From a virus: 64,000 bases of DNA. The translations under genes and the position numbers were made by a program. The stretch lies in the IMG/VR virus record IMGVR_UViG_3300022074_000004; one strand, 5' to 3'. The notes below the pieces were generated by a model that was given only the letters and a program-made list of their open reading frames with translations, did not search any database and had not been told where the DNA came from. Positions 42,257-52,296 of the stretch are shown here, one piece after another. Within the stretch, counting starts at the first letter, position 1, and each line of letters opens with the position of its first letter.

Positions 42257-43958
42257 AAAGATTCGGTGGAAGAATTTTCTCTCCACTGGTAATCAGTTTA
42301 CTGAGGTTTCTTTATGCAATAAATCTACAACCCTAATCATTGGAACAAATGGAACAGGTAAGAGCACCATTCTGGATGCACTTACCTTTTCTTTGTTTGC
42401 AAAACCATTTCGTAAAATTAATAAGCCACAGTTGCCAAACTCTGTTAATGAGAAGGACTGTGTTGTTGAAATTGAGTTTGAGATTTCTTCTGTGAAGTGG
42501 AAAGTTGTCCGTGGAATTAAACCAAATATCTTTGAGATTTATCGTGACGGAACATTTCTAGATCAATCAGCGTCTGCTGTAGACCAGCAAAAGTGGTTTG
42601 AGCAGAATGTTCTAAAGATGAATTATAAATCTTTTACTCAGATTGTAATCCTGGGTAGCAGTACTTTTGTGCCATTTATGCAGCTGACTGCTGCAAATCG
42701 CCGTGAGGTTATTGAGGATCTTCTTGATATCCGTATCTTTTCAAGTATGAATGTCGTTATAAAGGATAAGATTAGAAGTCTTAAGGAAGATATGAAGATC
42801 TATGATTTAAAAAAGTCTTCTATATCTGAAAAATATGATATGCAAAAGAATTTTATTGAAAAAATTGAAAGAGATTCTGAGTTTATGATTAATACAAAGC
42901 AGAATCGTATTGATCATTTGGATTCAGAGATGGCAGATCATCTTAAAAAGATAGAAAAATATAATGATGAGATGGTTGAGAAGCAAATTGAGTTTGATGA
43001 TTGGTCTGGTGATAAAGGAAAGCTGAAGAAGTTAAATGTGCTACGTGGAAAGATTTCTCAAAAGATTGATCTAGTAACTAAAGAACATAATTTCTTTAAG
43101 AGTAATACGGTTTGTCCTACCTGTACGCAGTCTATTGAGGAAGACTTCAGGATAAATAAAATTACAGATGCTCAAAATAAGACTGAAGAGTTGCAATCAG
43201 GTTTTTCTGAACTTGAAAACGCGATTAAAGAGGAGGAAGAGCGAGAGCATCAACTTAACGCTATTACTAGGGAGATAACTAACCTCACACATGGTATATC
43301 TACAAACAATGTTGCGGTCTCTGAGATCAGGAAACAAATCAAGAGTTTGGAATCGGAAATTCAAGGAATTACCAGACAGATTGAAGATAAAAGTATTGAA
43401 ACTGACAAATTATTAGAGTTCGAGCAGAAGCTAGAAAAGTGTATTGGAGATATATCTAGAATTCGTGAGTTAATTAATTACTACGATTTCTCATACCATC
43501 TTTTAAAAGATGGTGGTGTAAAAACCAAGATTGTTAAAAAGTATTTGCCTTTGATTAATCAGCAGGTAAATAGGTATCTTCAGATGATGGATTTTTACAT
43601 CAACTTCTCTTTAGATGAAGAGTTTAGTGAATCTATCCAGTCTCCTATTCATGACAATTTCTCATATGCTTCTTTCAGCGAGGGTGAGAAGATGAGGATT
43701 GACTTGGCACTTTTGTTTACTTGGAGGGAAGTTGCTGCAATGAAGAACTCTGTCAATACAAACCTTTTGATTATGGACGAAGTTTTTGATAGTTCTCTAG
43801 ATGGGTTTGGAACAGAAGAGTTTTTAAAGATTATCAAATTTGTAGTTAGAGATGCAAATGTTTTTGTCATCTCTCATAAAGAAAGCTTATTTGATAAGTT
43901 TGATGGCACGATAAAATTTGAGAAGATGAAGGGATTTAGTCGGATTGTGGACAGCTGA
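42243..43958 (+). CDS. gp46: Recombination ATPase gp46 (Rad50/SbcC-like)
   Basis: GTNGTGKST, zinc hook CPTC, FSEGEKMRIDLAL, LIMDEVFDSSLD. Confidence 0.97.
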   Translation: MILFEKIRWKNFLSTGNQFTEVSLCNKSTTLIIGTNGTGKSTILDALTFSLFAKPFRKINKPQLPNSVNEKDCVVEIEFEISSVKWKVVRGIKPNIFEIYRDGTFLDQSASAVDQQKWFEQNVLKMNYKSFTQIVILGSSTFVPFMQLTAANRREVIEDLLDIRIFSSMNVVIKDKIRSLKEDMKIYDLKKSSISEKYDMQKNFIEKIERDSEFMINTKQNRIDHLDSEMADHLKKIEKYNDEMVEKQIEFDDWSGDKGKLKKLNVLRGKISQKIDLVTKEHNFFKSNTVCPTCTQSIEEDFRINKITDAQNKTEELQSGFSELENAIKEEEEREHQLNAITREITNLTHGISTNNVAVSEIRKQIKSLESEIQGITRQIEDKSIETDKLLEFEQKLEKCIGDISRIRELINYYDFSYHLLKDGGVKTKIVKKYLPLINQQVNRYLQMMDFYINFSLDEEFSESIQSPIHDNFSYASFSEGEKMRIDLALLFTWREVAAMKNSVNTNLLIMDEVFDSSLDGFGTEEFLKIIKFVVRDANVFVISHKESLFDKFDGTIKFEKMKGFSRIVDS

Positions 43959-44006
43959 AGAACTGTCCACTCTGCCTTCGACTCTGCCCCCACTCTTCCC
44001 TATAAT
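43947..44006 (+). promoter_or_regulatory. Promoter with upstream inverted repeat before the zincin-VWA gene
   Basis: GTGGACAG-8-CTGTCCAC (43947-43970), then TCGACT-17-TATAAT (43978-44006). Confidence 0.7.
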
Positions 44007-44027
44007 TGGTGCATACGCAAAACGAAG

Positions 44028-46160
44028 ATGCCCGTCTCCCACGAAATCAAGTCCCAACTGGCCAGGCTTCTTGCTACAGAAGATATTATTGTAGAGCACC
44101 GTCAAGTTGATACCGCACAGTTCAATGTATCAACTCGTGTTCTGACGTTGCCTCTATGGGATCGTGCTAGTAATTCAATATATGATCTTTTGGTTGGCCA
44201 TGAGGTTGGGCATGCATTGTTCACGCCTGATGTCGATCCTCCAAAAGATGTGCCACATTCTATTTTCAACATTGTTGAGGATGCTCGTATTGAGAAACTG
44301 ATGAAGCGTAGATATCCTGGGCTCTCCAAAAGTTTTTTCAAAGGATATAAAGATCTTTCAGATCAAGATTTCTTCTGTTTGGAAGGCGAAAATATTGATA
44401 AAATGAGTCTTCCCGATAGGGTCAATTTGTATTTTAAGATTGGTAATCATATTGATATTAATTTTGATAATTATATTGAGATGCCAATCGTTCGTATGAT
44501 TGCTGGGTGCGAAGATTTCAAAGATACTATTGTTGCTGCAAAGGCACTTTATAACTTGTGTAAATCTGGTAACAATAGTGCCAATAAAATGCCTCAGCCC
44601 CCTGGAGAATCTCCCTCTGATGAGAATGAGGATGGTGATAGTATTGACAACCCAATGGGAGGAATTTCTTCAGCAGATGGAGATCAATCTAATGAAAATT
44701 CTGATAATAGTAAGGGTACTGGTGGTGGAGACTTTGACGATCTCTCAACTCATACAGTAGATAGTCTTGAGGAGAAATTGAAAGATCTCACTAATCAGTA
44801 TAGTAGAGATAATATTTACGTAGAAATTCCAGATATTAATTTGAATACGGTTGTTGTTCCAAATTCTGATATTCATGCAGAGTGTGATCGTGTATCAAGA
44901 GCTTGTCAGGATGCTATTGATAGCTATTGTTCTGAAAACAATTCTTATGATATTTTTGAAACAGTCGATGCAAGCTTCTATGCGTTTAAGAAGTCATCTG
45001 CAAAAGAAGTTAGTTATTTGGTAAAAGAGTTTGAATGCAAAAAAGCTGCAGACTCATATGCTCGCTCTTCAGTAGCTCGTACAGGAGTTTTGGATTGCTC
45101 TAAACTTCATACTTACAAATACAGTGAGGATCTTTTTAAAAAAGTAACTACCATTCCTGACGGGAAAAATCATGGATTGATTTTTGTTCTTGATTGGTCT
45201 GGTTCTATGGCCAATGTTTTACTTGATACGATCAAGCAGCTATACAACTTAATTTGGTTCTGCAAGAAGGTCTCTATTCCATTTGAGGTATATGCATTTA
45301 CTAACGAGTGGAATCGTATTTCATATTCTGAGGAGTATGGAAGATATATTCCCATGGATATGATTCCACACTATGAAAAAGAAGAAGGTCTTATTTGTGT
45401 GGAAGATAGTTTTAGTATGATGAATTTGCTTACTAGTAAGGTGGGTGCTAAGGAGCTTCAAAAACAAATGATTAATATTTGGAGAGTGGCTAAACATGTA
45501 AGCAATAGTGCCAGTGGATATAGAATTCCTGAGAAGCTTACTTTGTCCGGAACTCCTTTGAACGAAGCTATTATTACCCTCCATAAAATTTTGCCAAAAT
45601 TTATAAGAGATACTGGAGTACAAAAAGTTCAGTGTATTATCCTAACTGATGGCGAAGCGGGTTCTTTAGTTCGACATGTTAGTGTAAATCGTCCTTGGGA
45701 AGATCAAGAATTCTTGGGCACCAGAAGACTTCCTTTGGATCATAGTTACTTGAGGGATAGGAAAACAGGAACAACTAGACTTTTAGGTCCCTACTATAAT
45801 GATTTTACAGATACTCTTTTAAAAAACTTAAAAGATAATTTTGCAGATGTCAATCTTATTGGTATCCGGGTTTTGATACCTCGTGATGCAAATTCGTTCA
45901 TTCGCCAGTATTATTCTCATGGAAGTGATCCTTACTTAAAAATTAATGAAGAATGGCGGAAGAGTAGAAGTTTCTGTATAACAAGATCTGGATATGATGC
46001 TTATTTTGGTATGGCATCTACTACTCTTTCCCAAGATTCTGATTTTACAGTTGATGATGGTGCAACAAAAGGTCAGATCAAATCTGCTTTTGTAAAAAGT
46101 TTCAAGTCTAAAAAATTGAATAAGAAAGTTCTTGGTGAATTTATCTCTCTAATATCATGA
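44028..46160 (+). CDS. Zincin-like (HExxH) + von Willebrand A domain protein (CobT-like partner of MoxR ATPase)
   Basis: HEVGHALFT..NIVEDARIE; acidic linker; MIDAS motifs LDWSGSM, SGTPL, LTDGE. Confidence 0.85.
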   Translation: MPVSHEIKSQLARLLATEDIIVEHRQVDTAQFNVSTRVLTLPLWDRASNSIYDLLVGHEVGHALFTPDVDPPKDVPHSIFNIVEDARIEKLMKRRYPGLSKSFFKGYKDLSDQDFFCLEGENIDKMSLPDRVNLYFKIGNHIDINFDNYIEMPIVRMIAGCEDFKDTIVAAKALYNLCKSGNNSANKMPQPPGESPSDENEDGDSIDNPMGGISSADGDQSNENSDNSKGTGGGDFDDLSTHTVDSLEEKLKDLTNQYSRDNIYVEIPDINLNTVVVPNSDIHAECDRVSRACQDAIDSYCSENNSYDIFETVDASFYAFKKSSAKEVSYLVKEFECKKAADSYARSSVARTGVLDCSKLHTYKYSEDLFKKVTTIPDGKNHGLIFVLDWSGSMANVLLDTIKQLYNLIWFCKKVSIPFEVYAFTNEWNRISYSEEYGRYIPMDMIPHYEKEEGLICVEDSFSMMNLLTSKVGAKELQKQMINIWRVAKHVSNSASGYRIPEKLTLSGTPLNEAIITLHKILPKFIRDTGVQKVQCIILTDGEAGSLVRHVSVNRPWEDQEFLGTRRLPLDHSYLRDRKTGTTRLLGPYYNDFTDTLLKNLKDNFADVNLIGIRVLIPRDANSFIRQYYSHGSDPYLKINEEWRKSRSFCITRSGYDAYFGMASTTLSQDSDFTVDDGATKGQIKSAFVKSFKSKKLNKKVLGEFISLIS

Positions 46161-46300
46161 AAGAAAATTGGAAAGAGATTGCAAAGGCATCTGAGAAGGA
46201 TGCTAAGATTCTTAGGGTCCTTGAAGAAGGACCCAAATCCCTTACAGATGCTTGGTTGCTTCAGGCAATGAAGTATAAGTATGGACGATCCAAAAACTGA
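46157..46300 (+). CDS. Hypothetical 47-aa protein (absent from ORF track)
   Basis: ATGA overlap; MKENWKEIAKASEKDAKILRVLEEGPKSLTDAWLLQAMKYKYGRSKN. Confidence 0.65.
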   Translation: MKENWKEIAKASEKDAKILRVLEEGPKSLTDAWLLQAMKYKYGRSKN

Positions 46301-46339
46301 CCACTAGGTCTCCCCTCTATTACCATTCCCCTCTATACT
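46282..46339 (+). promoter_or_regulatory. Promoter with degenerate inverted repeat before the AAA+ gene
   Basis: TGGAC-N12-GACCAC (46282-46304), TATACT at 46334-46339; same layout as 43947-44006. Confidence 0.55.
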
Positions 46340-46360
46340 TATTTCATCCACAAAAATCAA

Positions 46361-47467
46361 ATGGCTATTTCTACAGAGTACATTCGCACTTCACTTCAAA
46401 ATCTTTATGGCGATTCCATCTCAACAGGAGATATCAAAGCATGGTGTGCAATGAATGGCACTGCATACTCGACAGTGTGTAAGAAACTAGAAAACTTTAA
46501 AGTTGGTCGTGGTAAATGGAATCTTGAAGTAACTTCTGAGACAATTCAAGATCTTGAAGAGACTTATAATGTCCCTTCAGCAGAAAAGCAAATCCTGATC
46601 CCAGAAAAAAATGATACCTTCATCCAGTTTGGTAACTTTAGTAGTGTTAAAAAAATTATTAAGTCCGGTTTATTTTATCCGACGTTTATTACGGGTCTCT
46701 CTGGTAATGGCAAGACGCTCTCAGTTGAGCAAGCGTGTGCTCAGTTGGGTCGTGAATTGATTCGTGTAAACATTACTATTGAAACTGATGAAGATGATCT
46801 CATTGGCGGATTCCGTCTTGTCGATGGCGAGACCGTTTGGCACGATGGTCCGGTCGTCGAAGCCTTGCAGCGCGGTGCGATTTTACTGCTTGACGAGATT
46901 GACTTGGCTTCCAACAAGATTCTTTGCCTTCAATCAATCCTCGAAGGAAAGGGGGTGTTCCTGAAGAAAGTCGGTAGGTATGTTAAGCCAGCTTCTGGAT
47001 TTAATGTTTTTGCTACCGCAAATACTAAAGGTAAGGGATCTGATGATGGTCGCTTCATTGGCACCAATGTTCTTAATGAAGCATTCTTGGAGCGTTTCCC
47101 TGTAACCTTTGAGCAAGAGTATCCTACTCCCCAAACTGAAAGAAAGATCCTTGAAGCAGTTTGCAAAGAACTTGGACTAAAAGATCAGGATTTCTGTAAG
47201 CGTTTAGTTGATTGGGCTGATATTATTCGTAAAACTTTTTATGATGGTGGTATTGAAGAAATTATCAGTACTCGTCGTCTCGTGCATATCATTCAGGCAT
47301 ATAATATCTTTGGTGATAAAACAAAGGCAATTGAAGTTTGTGTGAATCGTTTTGATGACGATACTAAGCAAGCATTCCTTGAGCTGTATGATAAAGTTGA
47401 TGCTGATTTTGTGATGCCCACCGAAGAGGATCACCAGAAACAGTGTCTTGACGAGCATAACTTCTGA
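46361..47467 (+). CDS. cobS: MoxR/CobS-like AAA+ ATPase
   Basis: GLSGNGKT, LLLDEID, ATANTKGKG, LNEAFLERF, ISTRRL. Confidence 0.9.
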   Translation: MAISTEYIRTSLQNLYGDSISTGDIKAWCAMNGTAYSTVCKKLENFKVGRGKWNLEVTSETIQDLEETYNVPSAEKQILIPEKNDTFIQFGNFSSVKKIIKSGLFYPTFITGLSGNGKTLSVEQACAQLGRELIRVNITIETDEDDLIGGFRLVDGETVWHDGPVVEALQRGAILLLDEIDLASNKILCLQSILEGKGVFLKKVGRYVKPASGFNVFATANTKGKGSDDGRFIGTNVLNEAFLERFPVTFEQEYPTPQTERKILEAVCKELGLKDQDFCKRLVDWADIIRKTFYDGGIEEIISTRRLVHIIQAYNIFGDKTKAIEVCVNRFDDDTKQAFLELYDKVDADFVMPTEEDHQKQCLDEHNF

Positions 47468-47477
47468 TGGTAGAATT

Positions 47478-48071
47478 ATGACAAACTCATGGAGTTTACT
47501 GTATGATGAACTTTATTCAAATAACAAAATGACTGAACATTCCGAGTATTATTATGATTACAATCGTAATGATCCAGACCGTCTAAATCGTCTTTATGAA
47601 AAATCAGACGATGGTATCCTTGGTGCTGATGGACTTGATACTCTTTCTTTCAATATCAGTGATGCCACTGATGAAGATCGTATCGACTTTTGGCATGGTT
47701 ATGAACCAGAGGGTTATGACTTTAGTATTGATGTCCCAGAACTTCCAGAAACTCCAGACAACAACAATGGACGTTGGAAATATAATGAAGATGTTATTCT
47801 GAAGGATATTCATGAATATGTAAGTGGCACTTATCGTAGTCACTATACTGGGAAATCAAGTGGATTTAAAGATATCCAAACCATTGATTTGATGGCAGCC
47901 AAAGGACTTGCTTCTGCATTCTGTCAGTCAAATATTATTAAGTATGGTACACGATATGGTGATAAGGATGGTCAGAATAAAAAAGATTTGTTAAAAGTCA
48001 TTCATTATGCTATGTTACTTTTGCATTTTGATGACCACTATAAGCCAACTAAATCTGATTTCCCCTATTGA
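47478..48071 (+). CDS. DUF3310-like protein with acidic N-terminal extension
   Basis: SHY..FCQSNIIKYGTRYGDKDG..DLLKVIHY; TGGTAGAAT extended -10 just upstream. Confidence 0.65.
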   Translation: MTNSWSLLYDELYSNNKMTEHSEYYYDYNRNDPDRLNRLYEKSDDGILGADGLDTLSFNISDATDEDRIDFWHGYEPEGYDFSIDVPELPETPDNNNGRWKYNEDVILKDIHEYVSGTYRSHYTGKSSGFKDIQTIDLMAAKGLASAFCQSNIIKYGTRYGDKDGQNKKDLLKVIHYAMLLLHFDDHYKPTKSDFPY

Positions 48072-48091
48072 AAATGCAAACAATCAACAAA

Positions 48092-48757
48092 ATGAAACTT
48101 TCCGACAAGACAATCTCTTTACTTAAGAATTTTTCTTCAATCAATCAATCAATCCTTTTTAAGGAAGGTAACAAGCTTCGCACTATCAGCATTATGAAAA
48201 ACATTCTTGCTGAAGCTACTGTGAGTGAGGATTTCCCAAAAGATTTTGGTGTTTATGATCTGAATCAATTTCTTAATGGATTGAGCCTGTATCAAAATCC
48301 AGAACTTGATTTTGGGGATGAAAGTTTTGTTATCATCAAAGAAGGAACATCTCGTTCCAAGTACTTTTTTGCGGATCCAAATGTCATTGTTTCTCCCCCT
48401 GACAAAGACATTTCACTTCCAACAGAAGATGTTTGTTTTGAGCTAAGTACAGTTCAGTTAGATAAGTTGTTGAAAGCATCGGCAGTTTTCCAAACTCCAG
48501 ATCTTTCTGCGATCGGTAAGGATGGTGTGATTAAGCTTGTTGTTCGCGACAAGAAGAATGATACATCAAATGATTGTGAAGAAGTTGTTGGAGAGACTGA
48601 TACAGAGTTTTGTTTCAACTTTAAAGTTGAGAATATTAAGATTCTTCCTGGGACATATGATGTAGTTGTTTCTCAAAAACTTCTATCTAGGTTTAGTGCA
48701 AAAAATAGTGATCTGACATATTACATTGCAATGGAACCTGATTCTACTTTTGGATGA
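48092..48757 (+). CDS. gp45: Sliding clamp gp45
   Basis: MKLSDKTISLLKNFSSINQSI, FGVYDLNQFL, YYIAMEPDS; start could be 48074. Confidence 0.95.
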   Translation: MKLSDKTISLLKNFSSINQSILFKEGNKLRTISIMKNILAEATVSEDFPKDFGVYDLNQFLNGLSLYQNPELDFGDESFVIIKEGTSRSKYFFADPNVIVSPPDKDISLPTEDVCFELSTVQLDKLLKASAVFQTPDLSAIGKDGVIKLVVRDKKNDTSNDCEEVVGETDTEFCFNFKVENIKILPGTYDVVVSQKLLSRFSAKNSDLTYYIAMEPDSTFG

Positions 48758-48990
48758 ACAAAATCTTAACATACATGAGGGTGCTTGGGTGCTCCCTCAT
48801 TGTCTCTGCACATTTCGCCATGGTATACGTGAGTGTAATGTCAGGAACAATCATTCACTTGATTGCTGATCTCATTTGTATCCCATACTTTGTAAAATTT
48901 AAAATATGGGATATGGTGATCATGCTCAGTTTTCTTATTGTAATCGGAGTATCTAAACTATGGAACCCGATCCTTACGTCCAGTTTTTAG
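48754..48990 (+). CDS. Small membrane protein
   Basis: Three short hydrophobic segments; ATGA overlap. Confidence 0.65.
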   Translation: MNKILTYMRVLGCSLIVSAHFAMVYVSVMSGTIIHLIADLICIPYFVKFKIWDMVIMLSFLIVIGVSKLWNPILTSSF

Positions 48991-49283
48991 AGAATTGGAT
49001 ACCTGGAATTGGTGAAAGCACCGAACTCCATGATCACTTGCATAAGCACTTTGATTTGGGTTTTAGTGTTAATGACGAAGCAAGATTGCTTGGTTTTCAA
49101 TTGGGTCACCATCCCGCAGGTCACTTCTTCCATGTGATTATCTTTGCTTTGATGAGTTTGACGATATATCCTAAGAATTATCGCAACACATGGAAAGATG
49201 TAAAGGATTTTTATGAAGCATATTTGTTGGGGAAAAGATGGCAGTCAGTATCATATTGGTTTATACCTAAGGAAATATTATGA
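48960..49283 (+). CDS. Hypothetical protein
   Basis: 107-aa His-rich ORF in operon. Confidence 0.65.
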   Translation: MEPDPYVQFLENWIPGIGESTELHDHLHKHFDLGFSVNDEARLLGFQLGHHPAGHFFHVIIFALMSLTIYPKNYRNTWKDVKDFYEAYLLGKRWQSVSYWFIPKEIL

Positions 49284-49543
49284 AAGAATTTTTATTGTTT
49301 CTTCTGAGTTTCTCAGATATACTTTTTATTCCACTTATTTTTGGATTTGTTTTATCACTAATCCTTGAAGTTACCATTCAAAAGCCGGAGTTTGTATCGT
49401 TCCGTAAATTCATGTGGAAGCAGAATTTAATGTTTAATTTCATTTGGCTCATTTGCTGGATTACTCTTGCAGTTGTATACTCAAGAGAGAGTGGATCAGT
49501 TAATTCATTCGGAGACTCAAACATCTTGTGGAGAAACCCGTGA
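49280..49543 (+). CDS. Small two-TM membrane protein
   Basis: Two hydrophobic segments; ATGA overlap. Confidence 0.65.
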   Translation: MKEFLLFLLSFSDILFIPLIFGFVLSLILEVTIQKPEFVSFRKFMWKQNLMFNFIWLICWITLAVVYSRESGSVNSFGDSNILWRNP

Positions 49544-50070
49544 ACATTTTTGTCACAGACCCATGTCCAGTAAAATCTGCATACGTTCTTCCTGACAAGC
49601 ATATTGTCAAGATGCCCCTGGAGTGTTGTCAAATGCTCTCCATCGTTGCCTCAGAAAAATGGGGTCGAGGGTATGGAAACCTACCCAAGGCTGACGGAAC
49701 GCCTTACAGCACCGATAAGGGGGCTTTCAGGAACCATCCATGCACAGTATGGACTGGTTCATTTGTTCATAACTGGCGGTGGGTGATTCGTCATGGACTT
49801 GCACTCTGTGAAGAATACTCCAATCGATATGGAAAGGTTCATTCTTGCTTGCATACTCTTGCATATGCAAATCAAATCTTTCCGGTTCCTGATCCTGCTG
49901 GCAGGTCTGGTAAAGGTCCACAACCCTTTGTTCGTGCAATGCCAGATGAGTTTAAGAATGACGAATCAATAGATACGTTCACTGCATATAAAATGTATAT
50001 TTCTTCTAAGGCGTGGGTAAAGAGTAATTACAGGCGTATTCCAAGTCGTAAACCTGATTGGGTAGAATAA
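49540..50070 (+). CDS. Pyrimidine-dimer DNA glycosylase/DenV-like family protein
   Basis: GTG start NIFVTDPCP..DKHIVKMPLECCQMLS, NHPCTVW, EYSNRYGKVH, AMPDEFK. Confidence 0.7.
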   Translation: MNIFVTDPCPVKSAYVLPDKHIVKMPLECCQMLSIVASEKWGRGYGNLPKADGTPYSTDKGAFRNHPCTVWTGSFVHNWRWVIRHGLALCEEYSNRYGKVHSCLHTLAYANQIFPVPDPAGRSGKGPQPFVRAMPDEFKNDESIDTFTAYKMYISSKAWVKSNYRRIPSRKPDWVE

Positions 50071-50543
50071 TGAGCTTTGTTCAATTCAAAAAACATCGTG
50101 TTTTCAGAGAAACTGAATCTGTAATCTTCTATGATATTTCAGTAGAAGATTCCAATGCATCTGATCTAGTGGTTCATACAGGACCTGCTATTTCTCCTCC
50201 AGATGATATTGTTGGAGCAAAGCAATTTTATATTCATTATCATCAGACTGATCACAATCGAGTTCTATCTGGAACTCGTACCTTTGAACTTGTAAATCTC
50301 GGTTGGAAGTTTCCATATCACATCGTTCACTTGAATCGTCAGAGTGGTGCATTAATCATTCCTCCTCAAACATTTCATAGGAGTGTCTCTGGAGAGGATG
50401 GATCAATAGTTATCAATCAAGCAATTCGTGATGATGAGTTTGATCCAGAAAAAGAGTTCTCAGAGGTCTCCTCTGGGCAAAACTCAGAACTCTACAATGT
50501 TCTCGCACATGAGAAGCCAGTAATCCACAACATTGGGGAGTAG
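50070..50543 (+). CDS. Cupin-fold protein
   Basis: HYHQTDHNRVLSG and LIIPPQTFHRS cupin motifs. Confidence 0.7.
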   Translation: MSFVQFKKHRVFRETESVIFYDISVEDSNASDLVVHTGPAISPPDDIVGAKQFYIHYHQTDHNRVLSGTRTFELVNLGWKFPYHIVHLNRQSGALIIPPQTFHRSVSGEDGSIVINQAIRDDEFDPEKEFSEVSSGQNSELYNVLAHEKPVIHNIGE

Positions 50544-50548
50544 GTCTT

Positions 50549-50695
50549 TTGAATACTACATTAACTATTGATGATGGTGTCCTGACTTTCCCTCCAGAGA
50601 TATTAGAAGTGACTGGTTGGAAAGATGGTGATGTGTTAGAATGGATTGACCGTGAAGACGGGTCTTTTGAACTGAGGAAAGTCAATGAGTCGTGA
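50549..50695 (+). CDS. AbrB/MazE/SpoVT-like DNA-binding protein (48 aa, absent from ORF track)
   Basis: TTG start after GGGGAG; MNTTLTIDDGVLTFPPEILEVTGWKDGDVLEWIDREDGSFELRKVNES. Confidence 0.7.
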   Translation: MNTTLTIDDGVLTFPPEILEVTGWKDGDVLEWIDREDGSFELRKVNES

Positions 50696-51632
50696 TGAGT
50701 TTCTTTGGGTCGAGAAGTATCGTCCCAAAACAATTGAAGAATGCATCCTTCCAGAGGACATCAAAAAAACCTTTCAGGGATTCTTAAGTAAAGGAGAGGT
50801 TCCAAATCTTCTTCTTGCTGGACCTGCTGGTTGTGGAAAAACTACTGTAGCAAAAGCACTATGTCATGAATTAGGAGCTGATTATTATGTCATCAATGGA
50901 TCCGACGAGGGACGTTTCCTTGATACGGTCAGAAATACTGCAAAAAATTTCGCTTCGACCGTATCACTTTCGTCAACTGCTAGACACAAAGTCATCATCA
51001 TCGATGAGGCGGATAACACAACAAACGACGTACAACTCTTACTTAGGGCGTTTACAGAGGAGTTTTCTGGCAACTGCAGATTCATCCTTACCTGCAACTT
51101 CAAAAACAAAATCATCGAACCACTTCATTCCCGTACAGCAGTGGTTGAATTCGGAATTGGGACAAAGCAAAAACCAGCAATCGCTGTGTCCTTCTCCAAA
51201 CGAATTCAAGAGATACTTAATGCAGAGCGAGTTGAATATGACACAAAAGTCATCTATGAACTCATCAACAAGCACTTCCCTGACTGGAGAAGAGTCCTCA
51301 ACGAATGTCAACGATACTCTTCCTCTGGTAAGATTGATACGGGAATTCTTGCAACGTTCAGTGACGTAAAGGCAGATGAATTGGTTAAGAAGCTTAAAAA
51401 CAAGGACTACGGTGAGTGCCGTAAGTGGGTTGTCAATAACCTGGACAATGATACTAATTTACTTTTGCGTCGTATTTACGATGCTCTTAATATTTCCTTG
51501 GTTCCGAATAGCATTCCTTCTGCTGTGCTTATTCTTGCTAAGTATCAGTATCAGATGGCGTTCGTGGCGGATCAAGAAATAAATATGCTTGCTTGTCTTA
51601 CTGAAATTATGGTGGAGTGTGAATTTAAATGA
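50685..51632 (+). CDS. gp44: Clamp loader large subunit gp44
   Basis: LWVEKYRP, GPAGCGKTT, IIIDEAD, FPDWRR. Confidence 0.97.
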   Translation: MSRDEFLWVEKYRPKTIEECILPEDIKKTFQGFLSKGEVPNLLLAGPAGCGKTTVAKALCHELGADYYVINGSDEGRFLDTVRNTAKNFASTVSLSSTARHKVIIIDEADNTTNDVQLLLRAFTEEFSGNCRFILTCNFKNKIIEPLHSRTAVVEFGIGTKQKPAIAVSFSKRIQEILNAERVEYDTKVIYELINKHFPDWRRVLNECQRYSSSGKIDTGILATFSDVKADELVKKLKNKDYGECRKWVVNNLDNDTNLLLRRIYDALNISLVPNSIPSAVLILAKYQYQMAFVADQEINMLACLTEIMVECEFK

Positions 51633-52132
51633 ATATCACTAAACTTGACAATCCTTTTACTAGTTCATTTTATGATTTAGAAAAGGTTATAAAATCCTAT
51701 GATTTGTTATGGAATAATATGGCGGCGAAGAATGATTCGCACCCAGCTTTCCTTAGCCATACAGTTATTGCTAGACCAAGTCCTGAGACAAGATTTCCAA
51801 AAGAAATGTCTCCACATATAGAATTGGTTAATAATGTCGTAAATGAAATTTTTGATTACAATAAAGTTCCTGTAAATTGTATTTTACGAATAAATTTCAA
51901 TCTATGTTATCCTACAGGAGTCAGTAAGCAAACTCCTTGGCATACTGATCATCATTTTCCTCACATTAATATGCTGGTTTATTTTTCTGATTCTGATGGC
52001 GAATTGCTTGTAAGAGATGAAAAGCATACTCCCAGAAATGGTGATATTGTAATGTTTCCGGGGAGTATTGAACACTGTATTAATACTCCCACAGTAGATC
52101 CTAGATATGCTATGGTAGTCACTTTTATGTGA
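51629..52132 (+). CDS. 2OG-Fe(II) oxygenase superfamily protein
   Basis: WHTD..FPGSIEH..R-Y-A-M-V motif spacing. Confidence 0.75.
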   Translation: MNITKLDNPFTSSFYDLEKVIKSYDLLWNNMAAKNDSHPAFLSHTVIARPSPETRFPKEMSPHIELVNNVVNEIFDYNKVPVNCILRINFNLCYPTGVSKQTPWHTDHHFPHINMLVYFSDSDGELLVRDEKHTPRNGDIVMFPGSIEHCINTPTVDPRYAMVVTFM

Positions 52133-52160
52133 TATAATGTAAAATTGAAGAACTAAAAAA

Positions 52161-52295
52161 ATGAGAACACAAAACAAAGAAAATTATTATTATTGGTTCT
52201 GGATTGTGGCTATGATTGCCTTCATAGTCCCTCAGGTATTTACTGCCTGGGCTTATTTAAATATTGTCTCAATTCTCAAAGGATGGACTTTTTGA
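52161..52295 (+). CDS. Small membrane peptide (44 aa, absent from ORF track)
   Basis: MRTQNKENYYYWFWIVAMIAFIVPQVFTAWAYLNIVSILKGWTF; GTGATATAAT upstream at 52129. Confidence 0.55.
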   Translation: MRTQNKENYYYWFWIVAMIAFIVPQVFTAWAYLNIVSILKGWTF

Positions 52296-52296
52296 C

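Noticed and set aside
46361-47467. Cobalamin biosynthesis role for the cobS-like gene
   Set aside because: Only generic MoxR AAA+ motifs; no CobN or other cob genes in the window
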